NCBI RefSeq assembly: GCF_016432865.1
Contig: NC_067400.1
Coordinates: forward strand, 338,396,001 to 338,460,000
Length of the DNA: 64,000 nt
Direction of reading: 5' to 3'
From: Antechinus flavipes
Taxonomy: Eukaryota
Of this stretch, positions 48,431-61,480 are shown in pieces. Below the pieces are notes generated by a model that worked only from the letters and a program-made list of their open reading frames with translations, was not told where the DNA came from and did not search any database. The position numbers and the translations under genes were made by a program. Position 1 is the stretch's first letter. Each line of letters starts with the position of its first letter.

Positions 48431-49373
48431 GTGTGACTTTAAAGAAGTCACTTAAATATTCTGAACCTCAGTTCAAAAATTCACTGATATAGTTCCTTGA
48501 ATTGATTTCAGAAATAGCCACAGAGCTAGAAGTTTCCTCAGAAATCATCTGACCCGCCTTATGTTTTGCAGATGGGGAAATGGGGATCCAGAAAGGAAAG
48601 TCCCTGTAACTAAATAAAGCAGAACTGGTCAGTCAGGGCTTAGAAGCTGAACAAATTCTTTAAGGGCATCTCCAAATTTCATTTCAGAATTGACCAAGGA
48701 TGCATTGTTAACGAAATTGATGCTTAAATTGATTAAGGAAATTGGTGAGAGAATTCTCCACATGCCGCATCTTATAGGAAGAAAAAAATTAGGTAAGGAA
48801 AACATTGATTAAGCACTTACTCTGTGTCAAACACTGAAATGAATTAGAATATTTATCACAGAATCATTGTTATAACTCTGGAAAGGGTATCACAGTCCAT
48901 TTGAAATCCAACCCCTTCATTTTATAGATGAGGGAATTGAGACTTGAGGGGAAAGTTGACTTTTCTGAGGTCACACAAGCAGGAAACATCAGAGGCAAGA
49001 TGTAAATCCAGAAAAAGGATTTACCTCTATAGATAGAGCTCTTACCATGCTCTCCTTCATAAATGGAACTTAGAATTCTTTCTACTATACCATGCTTTCC
49101 TTCAAATTTCTTAGAGGGAACATAGAATGAAAGATGTTGAAGTAGAAAGAAACTCAGAAACCATTTAGTCTGGTTTTATAGGTAGGGAAACTGAGGCCCA
49201 GAGAGATTAAATGACTCCTCCTTGGCGAATCTGGTGGATAAGCACCAAAAATAGGATTTATTCAGGGTATTTGCATTAAATATCTTGTCTTAAATCACAC
49301 AGCTAATAACTGTCAGTAAACTTTCCTGTTTCCAAACAGAGCAGTAGAATGCTGTAGTAGAGTATTGAGTTTA

Positions 49374-49892
49374 TTTTTTTTAATTTGACTTTTTTTTAAA
49401 TAGCTTTTTATTTACAAGTTATATGTATGGGTAATTTTACATCATTGACATTTGCCAAACCTTTTGTTCCAATTTTTCCCCTCCTTTCCCTCACCCCCTC
49501 TCCTAGATGGCAAGATGACCAGTAGATGTTAAATATATTAAAGTATAAATTAAATACACAATAAGTATACATAACCAAACCGTTATTTTGCTGTACAAAA
49601 AGAATCAGACTCTGAAATATTGTATAATTAGCCTGTGTAGGAAATCCAAAATGCCGGCAGGCAAAAATATAGGGATTGGGAATTCAATGTAATGGTTCTT
49701 AGTCATCTCCCAGAGTTCTTTCGCTGCATGTAGCTGGTTCAATTCATTACTGCTCCACTGGAACTGATTTGGTTTATCTCATTGCTGAAGATGGCCATGT
49801 CCATCAGAATTGATTATCATATAATATTGATGTTGAAGTATATAATGATCTTCTGGCCCTGCTCGTTGCATTCAGCATCAGTTCATGTAAGT
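49374..49892 (-). mobile_element. Young 5'-truncated dasyurid-type L1 with perfect 16-bp TSD, inserted in a MIR head
   Basis: TSD TAGAGTATTGAGTTTA at 49358-49373 and 49893-49908; antisense L1 3'UTR with T tail. Confidence 0.95.
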
Positions 49893-50869
49893 TAGAGTAT
49901 TGAGTTTAAAGTCAGAAAGACTTGCATTCAAATCCTTCTCTAATATAAGTTATGTGAACATGGTCGTTTCACTCCTATATGTCTCAAACAATTCCCTGGG
50001 ACTTATCTAATAAAAAATGAGTTACCTGCGATATGTGACCTATATTGGTGGAGAGTTTTTCACACCTAGGGTCCTTTTCTGTATCACCACATCTAATTGA
50101 AAAGATCTGATACGAACTGGGGAGAAATGTTTGCTTAGTCATGCTTGTTCCTGAAGAACATACATCTAATGAAAAATTCAGAATAAATATCCATGAAGTT
50201 ATAAAGGACATTGTTGTTCAATAACTTGTAGATTAGAATTCCTTTGTGTCAGCAGATATTACCTTTCTAGGTCTGAGAAGGTATAACAGCCAATTCAAAA
50301 TTCTCCTTTGCTTTAAAATAATCAGTGGTGACCCAGGAAAAAATGCCCCCATCCAGGGTTGGGATTCCAGCTTTCACAAACAAGCTTTAAAAAATTGTCT
50401 CAGCAAAGAGTCACAATGCAGCAGTGAAACATGAAGCGCCAGAAGAAACTGAGTCAGATGACAAAAATAGACACTGCCTGAAAGAAGGCACACAATTCAA
50501 ACCAAATGAGGAAAACTTTAAACAAATGTTTGATATGCAGCTGCCTTTTAATCTTTCCTAGTATCCTAGCCAGGCCAAGGACACCATTACCTACTGGTTC
50601 ATGTACTATGAAATTAGTTTTGTTTATTTTATTTGAAGTCCTAAAACAAAGCCCATGAATGTTAGAGTTGGGATGTAAGAGACTTTACAGATCATCTATC
50701 CCAACTTCTTTATGTTACAGATAAAGAAAGAGAGACCCAGAAAGGGGCAGTGAGATATCCAGCATCCTGTAATAAGCTCTCATCTGAGCCAGATAGAACA
50801 GAGAGACACAAAGAGAAAAAATCCAGATGTTTAGTTTATATGGACCAAATATTTGAGTGCAAAATTTTT

Positions 50870-52200
50870 ACATTCTTGCTCCTTTTATCTCTTAGACTTT
50901 TCAGCAGCATTGACACTATTTAACCACCTTATCTTTTTAAAATTTCTCTTCTTTTTATACTTTCAACTTCAAAAATGTATCATATATCTTTGTTATGATT
51001 GAATAAAAAAGACATTTATTAGTCTCTTACTTGCCGGCTAGAATGCTTTTGTTTTTGTTCCTGTACCCAGAGTCCTATCATAGTGCCTGGAAAGTTGTAA
51101 GTGCTTTAAAAATGCTTATTGATTGATTCCTAAAGTGCCCATAAGACTGGTTCTTTCCTGATTCTCTTCTACCTCTGATTGTTTCTTCATGCTCTTTTAT
51201 TGGCACTTCTTCCTCATCCTGACTCCTAAATGTGATCTTTCTCACAAAATTCTATTTTAAGCTTTCTTCTCTTTTCTCTCTATACTAACTTCAATCAATA
51301 AGTGTTTATTAAATTCTTTCTATCTACCAGGAACCTATGCTAAGGGAGGAATACAAAGACCAAAATGAAAGTTTAAACTCTCAAGAAACTTGAATTCTAC
51401 TGGAGAAATAACATGTATGCAGATGAGCACATAAATAGAATAGGTAGATATATACACATACACATGTAAATTCATATAACATAGGTAGTTGGGGATATAC
51501 AGATAAGGGTTAGGAAAAATCAACAAGGTTTGATGATTGAGAGGATGATGATATTGTCAGTAAATATGAGAAAGTTAGGAAGGCAGACTTTGAGAAGAAG
51601 AGATTATTGAGTTCAGCTTGGGTCATGCTGAGTTTAATGTTTGGGTAGCAAATACAAGTTGAGATCTTGGAAATGCATTTGGAAATGCTGAACTGGAACT
51701 CAGAAGGGAAATAGGATTTGGAGATAGAGATTTGGAAGTTGTCAGCTAGCACTACAGGGATAATTTAATTCATGAGAGTACACAAAATCACCAAGTGACT
51801 CAGTTCAAGTACCCCCTTTCTTGCTGAACTCAGTCATTTCTTTTCAAAGTCTACCCCTCCTAACTTTCTCATATTCAGTGACTACACCATCACCTTCTCA
51901 GTCATCAAACCTTGTTGATTTTTTCCTAACATTTACCCCAATTCTATTGACTGCCAAATTCTATTGATTATCACTCCGTAAGATCTCACATCTTCTCCTT
52001 TCTTTCTATTCCCTCTATTACTATCTCATTCAGAGCTACAGAATGCTTGGATAAATGATACAACTCTCTAACTGGTCTCCAGTCTAATGCTACTCCAGTC
52101 TACTTACTCTACCTACACCCTAGTGATCTTTCTAATTCATATGACTAATCACATAGTCCCTGGCTAAAATACTTTATTTGCCCACCCCATCCCCAGTTGC
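50870..52200. mobile_element. Cluster of L2 fragments in both orientations
   Basis: cttagacttttcagcagcattgacact (+); gtttattaaattctttctatctaccaggaacctatgctaagg (-); ttgctgaactcagtcatttc...ccaattctattgactgccaaattc (+). Confidence 0.6.
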
Positions 52201-52346
52201 TTAGGGTAATAAGTAGGGACTACATTCTCCTGGGGGAAGCGGAACAGGGAATAGCATGAATTCAAGAATTATGTGACCAATTATTTGAGAATGATATAGT
52301 GGGTCATATCTCACCCCTTCCCTGATATTCAATCATGGACATAATA

Positions 52347-52573
52347 NNNNNNNNNNNNNNNNNNNNNNNNNNNNNNNNNNNNNNNNNNNNNNNNNNNNNN
52401 NNNNNNNNNNNNNNNNNNNNNNNNNNNNNNNNNNNNNNNNNNNNNNNNNNNNNNNNNNNNNNNNNNNNNNNNNNNNNNNNNNNNNNNNNNNNNNNNNNNN
52501 NNNNNNNNNNNNNNNNNNNNNNNNNNNNNNNNNNNNNNNNNNNNNNNNNNNNNNNNNNNNNNNNNNNNNNNNN
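52347..52573. other. Assembly gap (227 N)
   Basis: Run of N. Confidence 1.
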
Positions 52574-54419
52574 TTCCAAAAGAAACTAATTATATTGAAA
52601 TATATTTAACAAAGGATTGTTTTTCTCATTTTTATTGATCATACATGTTGCCCCTGAAACCTATCCATGGATCCTTTTGGCATAGCTATCTGAACATTAA
52701 GTAGATGATCATCTCTCAGGAAAGCTGTAGAAGAGATATCAAACATTGTTACATTAAAAAAAAAAAGATTAGGGACAAAATGACCTCCAGATTCCCTTCC
52801 AACTGGAAATTATATGATTTTTAAAATTCTAGATGTTATTAAATGATACATTCATGTCACAGACACCTATGTCAAGATTATATCACTCAATTGGGTCTCA
52901 TAGGTAGGATTAGGTATGAGTGGGGAGAAGCATATCAGCCAACCAACAGCATTTATTGACACTATCTATAGAATCCAAGGTCTAATTTAAAAGTGAAAAT
53001 TCAGATGATTTCATCCTAAAGATGTTTTCAAATTTCTGGATGTTTGATATCAAGTAGACAGATATCTAACTGGCTAATGGGATCAAAAAAAATTAATACT
53101 TTTCATTTTAGGTATAAGTCTATCAGAAACAATTTTATTTAATTTTATATTATTCTAATAGCTAAGCATTTCTAATCTTCCAATTTGTCTCTCTGTCACA
53201 AGATGATTTGAGGTAATGTTTATAGAAATCTTGAACAAGGAAAAGATTTCAATTTGTCAAAATAGAATTTAAGTTAACATTCCAAAACAACAATCATCAT
53301 TCAGTTCCTTCCAGTCCTACTCCCCTCAAATATTCTTTAGGAGTAATGATAGGGGTATTATTCCCTAAGATCAAAATCTTAATCTTTTCTCAATAGAGAT
53401 GAGTGGATCATCATTCCAATGGCTTCAAGGAGTAGACAAAAAGGAGTCTAACCTTAGATGTTTAATAACCTAATCACTTCAGAGGTAGTTGTTCAAACAC
53501 CAGCTTGCACTCTTGATCTGTAGCCTTATTAAAAGGTTTTTTTTTTTTTATCCAGAGTCAAACTGGGAAACCTGGAAAAGGCTTTTTAAACCATGTAAAC
53601 ACTCTTTCTTGATATTTTCAGTTTTACTGAAAAGGAAGTTTTCAATGTTTCCACAGTGGAATGTTTCCATTTTCATCTAATTAATTATAACATCACACAG
53701 AGATAACCACTGAACACAATACAAGAAGAACCCTCTATTTAGTAGTATGGATTAGAAAGGAAGAATCCCACAGAAAATAGCCTACGATGTGACTTTGAGA
53801 AACTGTGGAACAAAATTGATTTTAAATTTCCCTAATAATGTAAGATATGGCCCTATCTTCTCCCCCTACATCAATATCCGTAATCAGTCAGTCAATAAAC
53901 ATTTATTAAGTACCTACTTTGTTCCAGACACTGTTCTCAGCTTTGGGATACAAATACAATAAATGAAATAATTCTTATTCAGAAGAAGCTATCATTCTAA
54001 TAGGGGGAAGCATCACTGAATATATAGTTATGCCTTCTATAGAAATAGTGAAGTTTGGAAGAAGAGAGAGTTTGAAGGAAAGATAATGAATTCAGGAATG
54101 ATGATTGGATTATTGAATTCCCCACCTTCACCCCACTCCCAATTTATTTTACAAATAAAAATAAGGCTCTGAGACCAGACGTATCATGCCCAAGGTTAAG
54201 CAGCTCAAAAATTTAAAAAGCTCTTTCAACAAAAGTATTTTGTAAGATATTATCCAAGTACAACACTAATGCACTGATCCTTTTGTAAGCCAGTTAACTT
54301 TGCTCTGTTCTAAGGCCAGAGTCTGTATCCCTAATCCTACTTTCACAGCATTTCACATGCTATCTATTACAAAAGGTTTAGATCTTAGAGCTAGAAGGGA
54401 CCATGATTGTTGCCTCGTC

Positions 54420-54680
54420 CCTGATAAATAAAAGTATGTATAGAATAATTTTACATATGTGTGCATGTACCAAGATATGTCCTATGATAGCCATCTCTAG
54501 GGCAAGGAGGGGAGGGAAAGAGAAAAAAAAAGAATTTACATGAAAACTTTATTATATTTTTAAAAGGAATACATAATAAATTTGCAGTTACATATACAAT
54601 TGTCTTTTTTATTGTACTGTTATGTAAATGTTTGTTTTATTCCATAAATCTTTAAAAATTAAATTAAATTTTTAAAAGTC
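54420..54680 (+). mobile_element. Marsupial L1 3'UTR
   Basis: ctgataaataaaagtatgtatagaataattttacat...ttgtctttttattgtactgttatg. Confidence 0.7.
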
Positions 54681-55053
54681 ACTAAGGGAGTAAATTACAG
54701 TCAGGATTTTCTCACCCAGGTCTTGCTCACTTCTTACTTCAAAGTAAAACTTTCCTATACATGATGATATAGGACAAGGGCTTGATGATACATTCCTTTC
54801 TACACCCAGAAAAATTCAAATCTCTGACAATAGAACCAAGTATAAAAAGAACATCGTATTAAAGTTTAATCAGTAAAAATGCAAATATTTTAGTAAAATA
54901 TTATATAGAGAGATATAGATGTATTGTCCTTTATTAAATTTAAGGATAACATAGTAAAGCAGAACATGGCATGGTATGTTATATATGATAGGATGTGATC
55001 CCATTATAAATATATTATATATACTATAACATACCACATGCTATAATTTACTT

Positions 55054-55292
55054 AGGGCAGCTGAATGGCACAGTAGATAGAATGTTGGTCCTGGAGTCAA
55101 GAAAACATTGTCTTCAGGTCATTTCTCTCCTTAGACACTTATTAGCTGGACAAGTCTCTTGATCCTGTTTGCCTCAGTTTCCTCATCTGTAAAATGAATT
55201 GGAGAAAGAAATGGTAAACAGCTCCATTATTTTTGTCAAGAAGACTCCATATGGGTCATAAAGAGTTAAACATGACTGAAAAGTGACTGAGC
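55054..55292 (+). mobile_element. Near full-length MAR1-type CORE-SINE
   Basis: tRNA-like head gggcagctgaatggcacagtagatagaatg, CORE tgcctcagtttcctcatctgtaaaatg, RTE/BovB tail ggagaaagaaatggtaaac...catgactgaaaagtgactga. Confidence 0.85.
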
Positions 55293-55359
55293 ATATTAAT
55301 AAATAGCTGAATAGTGCCATACTATTCTATATAATATCATATTATCATATGTCTCTCTG

Positions 55360-55406
<47 letters not shown>

Positions 55407-55420
55407 ATCTGTGTGTGTAT
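55360..55420. repeat. (TA)n(TG)n compound microsatellite
   Basis: Directly visible. Confidence 0.95.
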
Positions 55421-57199
55421 ATATACATATATGAATATTTTATTTATATGTGGAGTATGTGTGAATGTGTTAGCGTGGAAAAAGTATATTGGATTTTAAA
55501 TCAGGCAACCTATATTTCAGACTCAGTAATTAGCCTCTCTGAACCTCAGTTTCCTTATCTATAAAATAAACATGTTGTCTATATCTATAACTAACATATA
55601 TATTATATTATACATTTATAATATATATAAACATACATAGTTGGGACAAATATTGCCCATGATTTCACCAGTATAAGGAATGTATAATGTGGAAATTTAC
55701 TCTCAGGTCAGATTAACAACTTCTCTAGAGCATCATAGTAGTGACTTGGACCATTGAAAAGTTAAAGGATTTTATCCTTTTCCATACAGTTAGCATGTGT
55801 GGAGGGAGGATCTGAATCCATGTCCTCTTGATTTTGAAGCTGGATATTTATTCACCATTCTACATACAATTTTATTCATGTGTATGTATCTTAATGTCTA
55901 TTGTTGTAGTTAGAATATATGAGTTTGTATATAGGGACAAAGGCGTTGACTTTTAATAATGCAATTAAGAAGATGGAAAAAGGTTTGTCACAGAAACATT
56001 GGAAAATTCCAACAATATTTAAAAGCAACTAACAGAGGAAATCCAAGAGATTTAGAATGAGTCAGACTATACTAAAAGGGCAGCTTTCAACTTCCTCTGA
56101 TATTTATGGGAAGTCACCTTATTTTCCTCAACTTTCTAGAAGGGTTCAACTCAAACCACTACTAGAAAATAAATGTTTCCTTTTCCTGTGACATCCTTTG
56201 TAAAACAAAGATGGACAATGATGGTCATTAGGGCCTTACAGGAGGTGATGCACGGGTCATGCTCCCAGACCTCCTAGGGAATTATCTCCTTGTATCTCTC
56301 AACCCAATATCCTGAAAGCTTTTCACAAAATCAAATATTTTTTCCTAAGCAGACAGTTTAAGAGACTTTACCAGGCAGTTAAAGAGATTTAAATCAAGCA
56401 TGCTGCATGACAAAGACAGATCTGACTAGCATGTTCTGAAGTGTTCCCTATAAATCTTTCCAATGGAAAGTTTCAGAGACTATAGGGCACAGAAAGGATT
56501 TACAACCAACAAGAAGAAAAGGACAATGGTGACTTCTTCAGTTGCTTGATCTGGCTTCCATTTCCCACAGTCGGTTCTAGTAAGTAGGTCAGATTATTCC
56601 TGTGCAAGGAAAAATCATTACATAAGAAATCAGTACCCAAAAAAATGGGTTGTCCTGTTATGGAACAGAACCCCTTCTGGCCAACTCCAAATAGTCTCTA
56701 TCCCACCCCCTTCCAGAGGAGTGAAGAGTGAACTAATAGAGAGCCTTTGAATTTCTAATCCCTAGAGAACCCACATGAAAAGATCCCCTGGTTCTGGAAC
56801 AATTCTCCCCATAAGCCAAGCAAGACCCAACGCAATGGAAAGCTAACACATTATTCTAATTACTCCTCAGAAAAGGCAGAACTGACAGTTGCCACCCACT
56901 TATAACCAGATCCACATTACTGATCCCTTTTTCAGGGTCTAGTCAGATTTCCCCTTTTATTACCACAGGAAATTCCTGGGACAGATGGCTAGGGTTCTAA
57001 ACTGAGTATACTTAGGATAGGATTTATGATCCTCCAAAATCAGGAAAAAACAGTTTGACATTAAAAGCCAAGATGTCACTTGTGGAAGGTGTTGCAGTCT
57101 GGAAACCATAGGATTCTCTCTGTTCTTCCAGTGCAATCTTACTATGTTACTCTCTTTTCAATAAACAGCAAGCGCTCCCTATTATCTTCAGTGACAACA

Positions 57200-57650
57200 A
57201 TGAAATCCTTTGGCTTCAAAGGCTCTTTCTAACCTAGCTTCTTTCCAGCTTCCCAGGCTTCTTATAATATTTCATGATATAGTGGCTCTCCTTACTCTTC
57301 CTCAAACAAGACATTCCATCTGTTCTTCCAGATATTATTTCCCATGACAGGAATTCCATCATTTTTCACTCCTGCTTTCTGATTTCTTTGGCTTCCTTCA
57401 AGTCTCAGCTAAAATTCCATTTCTGCAGTCTTTCCCTGTTCTCCTCAATGTCAGCCTTCCCTCTGAGATTCTTTCCAGTTTATACTGTTTATGTGTTGTT
57501 TGTACATAATTTTTTGTATATTGTCTCCCACATTAAACTGTAAGTTACTTGAGGGCAGGAATCATGTTTTTCCTAACTTTGTACCCCAGAGTTTAGCACA
57601 GTGTCTTTTACACAGTAGGTGCTTAGTAAATGCTTATTGATTTGACTCTA
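57200..57650 (+). mobile_element. L2 3' end
   Basis: ttccttcaagtctcagctaaaattcc...tctcccacattaaactgtaagttacttgagggcagg...gcacagtg...acagtaggtgcttagtaaatgcttattga. Confidence 0.8.
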
Positions 57651-57989
57651 CTGTCTTGAAATAAGGCTCTGATCTCACCTATCTTCCAACATTGCAGGCC
57701 TCTGTCTACTCACTTAAGATGTCAACAATATTAGAGTGGAGGATCTGAGGATCACTCCCTACTTGGAGCTTTCAAGAACACCTGTGTCATCTCATCCTAA
57801 TTATTATTGAAATGGTTCCCAGCATTTGCACAGCATACTTGTGTTTTTTTAAATTACTATCCCAATCTCTTAATCTTTTAGTCCTCACAATAATCCTTTG
57901 AGAAGCAGAATGAAGCAAATAGAACCAAAAAAAAAAAAAAAATACACCACAATGACAACCAGCAAAAAAAACAGAAAGAACAAACAAAA

Positions 57990-58275
57990 CACTGAAAGCT
58001 AGGTTATTACAATGACCAAGTTTGGCCCTAGGGAAGAGGTGAGAAAATACACTTACCTCCCTTCATTGCAGAGGTGAGACGTGATGGGTGTGTAATACAG
58101 TCTATATTGTCAGGGATAATGGTTATTCTTAGTTTTGCTAAACTACTATTTTCTTTTAATCTCTACTACAAGGAATGACTCACTGGGAAGGAGAAGGGAA
58201 GAATATAATTAGGAATTAATACCATGTGGAAAAAAAATGAAATTATAATTTTTTAAAAATAATAAAATGGAAAAA
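57990..58275 (+). mobile_element. Old marsupial L1 3'UTR
   Basis: gggaagaggtgagaaaatacacttacctcccttcattgcagaggtg; same type as 5400-5690. Confidence 0.6.
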
Positions 58276-58934
58276 AACTGTGAAGTAGGAAAGATAGATC
58301 TCAGTATCTCCACCTTACAGCTGAGAAAACAAAACAAAAAGTTCAGTCTACATGCATGTTCTGTCTAACAGGAGCATCCACTCTGGTTTAGAAGTGAACT
58401 CAGTAGGGCAAATTATAAATTGAAGTTCAATCTTTCCCAGAAAATGAAGTGGCATAGAAAATATGTCCCCATGTTTGGGGAAAGGGAATATTTGTATTTA
58501 TGTTCTTGCTATATCTTCAAAGGAAATATCCCTTCATAAAAGGTAATTGATGTTAATTAACCAATGGAACTGGAGTACCATTCACTGGTCATGACACACT
58601 GAAATGGGAACTTGAGCTGATAACCTTAGGAAAGCTACCTCAAACCCCTCAATGTACCCATAGAATCCTGAGGGAGAGAATAGTACTTCACTGGGAGAGT
58701 GATTCCAGAAAATTAATGGTGACTAATAAACTACCAACAAAAACAATTAGATGCAAAATAAGAAGGGAGAAAGGACACTGGATTTGAAAAATTTTGGAAA
58801 GACTTCTAAAGGAGGGTATTCTTGAGCAGTATCCTTAAGAGAGAGTGATTCTATGAAGAAGCATGGGTCTAGAACAGCCAGGAACTCAGAGTTTAGCACA
58901 TAATTGTCCATTTGTCTTAGTCTCATTAGTCTCA

Positions 58935-59140
58935 AAGGGCAACAATAGATAGAGTGCTGGATCTAGAGTCAACAAGACTCATCTTCCTGAGTTCAAATCT
59001 GTTCTCAGACACTTTACTGTCTGATCCTTAACTCTATTTGCCTCAGTTTCCTCTTCTGTAAAATGTACTAGAGAATGAAATGACAAACCTCTCCAATATT
59101 TTTGCCAAGAAAACCCCAAATAGAATCATGAAGAATCTGC
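58935..59140 (+). mobile_element. MAR1-type SINE
   Basis: gatagagtgctggatctagagtcaacaagactcatcttcctgagttcaaatc...gaaatgacaaacctctccaatatttttgccaagaaaacccc. Confidence 0.8.
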
Positions 59141-59559
59141 TATTTATTACCTATGTGACTTTGAAGATGTCACTCAATGTCTTCATCTGTAAACTCCAGA
59201 TTCAAGGATTCTAACTCCTTTTAGAGTTGTACAGATAAAAAGTTGCAAATTCACTTTGGAAAATGTAAAGGTTGTGTTATTTTCTCTAACAAGAGCACCA
59301 TGATAGGATGTGGTATTGGAAGAGAGGGGAAATGGCAAAGGAAGGTGGTATTGTAATGCAGGATACACTGAGATATGCAGCCAAGAGGCAGAATTTGGGG
59401 TTAATAATTTCTTCCAAGATATCAGCTGTAATGATTAGGGACATCTCTCAAGTAGCCTAACTTTTCTTTAATAATCCATTATGGCCCTATTATAAGTGTA
59501 TTAATTAAAACCCTTTGTAAAACTGTATTTTATATTTTCCATTTTTTGTTGCTTTTCAG

Positions 59560-59805
59560 TAGATTTTAAATCATATATGACTCTTTGTGAGTCTGTTTGG
59601 AGTTTTCTTCATAAAAATACTAGAATGGCTTGTCATTTCTTTTTCCAATTCATCTGATAGATGAGGAAACTGAGGCAAATGGGGTTTAAGAAACAACCAG
59701 AATCACACAACTAGGGAGTGTCTAAGGCTAGATTTGAATTCAGGAAAATTACTTTCTTTCTGGCACAAGGCCCAGCACTCCATCCACTGAGCCACCAAGT
59801 TGACC
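59560..59805 (-). mobile_element. MAR1-type SINE
   Basis: tttggagttttcttcataaaaatactagaatggcttgtcatttc...gatgaggaaactgaggcaaatgg. Confidence 0.8.
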
Positions 59806-60929
59806 ATTTTCCATTTGCATTACTTCAAAAGACAAAGGGCTATATAACTTTATTACCACTGTAAAAAGTAGGGATTTCTTTTATCTTTGCTCACTCTCCT
59901 GGGATCTTACTTCTCAAGGTTTCCCTCTTCTAAATCCTTTTTCAGTTCACAGTCACACTGCCCGTAGAACTGCTTCATACTCTACATTTCACAATAAATG
60001 TATGAACCAACACATAGAAGTCAATTAACCAAAAATTAAGTATTCTAACCACTTCTAAACAATTCTCTATCATTAATAATTACAGTTTTGTGCATGCAAT
60101 AAAGCAATTAAGTTCACCTTCAGTATTCTGACCTGCCAAGTCTCCCTGTGACACCCTCTACACACATATACTCCCAACAAGTCTGTCAGTCGCCCAGAGG
60201 GCACAGCTACTGAAAGGTCAAAGCTTTTGCATCTCCAAGGTGCCAAGGGTCCTATCAGGGGTATAACCCCAGAACTGGCTCTTGCCAGTTCACATGGATC
60301 TGTTTCTCCTAAAAGAAACAGAAAGCAGAGAACATTATTCTGAGTTGCTAATATTTTAGAATTAGGGGGAAGGTAGAAAGCAAAAGCTTAACCATAAGAC
60401 AAATATATTCAGAATAAACACACCATATTAAAAGCAGAGGAGAGGAAAAGAAGGTGATACCTGAACTTAAATTAGTTTATCATTGCAGTATTTTTCGGTT
60501 GTAATATGTGTGTGCCCATGTAAGATATGTATGTTCATATGGGTTGTCTAAACATAGATTTAGTTTGTTCACAGGTTGCCTGGATATTTCTAGAATCTGG
60601 CCCAAGAAAGACAGATTTCTGCCTTGAGGGAAGAGGAAAAGTGGGAGGGGGAGGGGAAAGTGAGTAGTCCCTTTCCTTTACTATCTACAAAAATTGTATC
60701 TGTTTCACACACATGACTGACCTAGGGATACAGTAAATTTAGAGCAAAAGTCACTTTTCTGACTTTTTTATTCTTTAGCTTATACTCACCAGTTTAACTC
60801 CTCATCAAAGGCAGGTTATCCAAAAGATCATCACAAACAGCAAATAGTGAGAAAACTTACTTATCGAAACAATCACCAACAGAAATCAGAGAAATTATAT
60901 CAGTTAGAATGTACCCAAAAATACATGAG

Positions 60930-61480
60930 TCTGATCAACAAGTATTTTTAAATGCCTTCTATTTGCCATGCATTGAGCTAGGTGCTAGGGATAAAAAGAA
61001 AGATAAAAATAATTCTCTGCCTTCGAGGAGCTTACAGTTTAATGGGAGAGATGATTTGCAAAGAACTTTGCCTAAATAAGATATAGGTAGGATAACTGAA
61101 GATAATCTCAGATGGAAGGCACTAGTAATTGTTGTTATGGTTGTTGTTCATCCTTTATTCTTGGTGATATCTTGACTTGCAAATGAATTGGATTTAAGTG
61201 AGCAAAAGCTGGGCAAAGTCATCAACCTCACTCTCCACCAGTCATCAGAGTAGTCTCAAGATACAGGTTGGGATGACTGGCAATGGCCCCAAGTGCAATG
61301 GGAGACATTGGCCTTTCTAAGTTAAGAGTTTTCCTAGGTCTCAGTTTATCTGAGACATTACCCATTCAGTAATTCAGGCTAGGTAAGAATTGAAGCAAAT
61401 GGTGGCCTAGTAATGGAGAAAGATTACTTAGAAAAGGAGGGATTTTAAATGAGACTTGAAGGAATCCAGAAAAAGCAGCA
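60930..61480 (-). mobile_element. L2 3' portion with an RTE-tailed WALLSI-type SINE inserted at ~61130-61412
   Basis: L2: atgccttctatttgccatgcattgagctaggtgctaggg. SINE: gttgttcatcc...gacttgcaaatgaattggatttaagtgag. Confidence 0.6.

Noticed and set aside
52304-52589. ORFs spanning the N run
   Set aside because: Artefacts of translating an assembly gap.
55054-55130. tRNA-like sequence
   Set aside because: Degenerate head of a MAR1 CORE-SINE, not a tRNA gene; the same applies to the other SINE heads.
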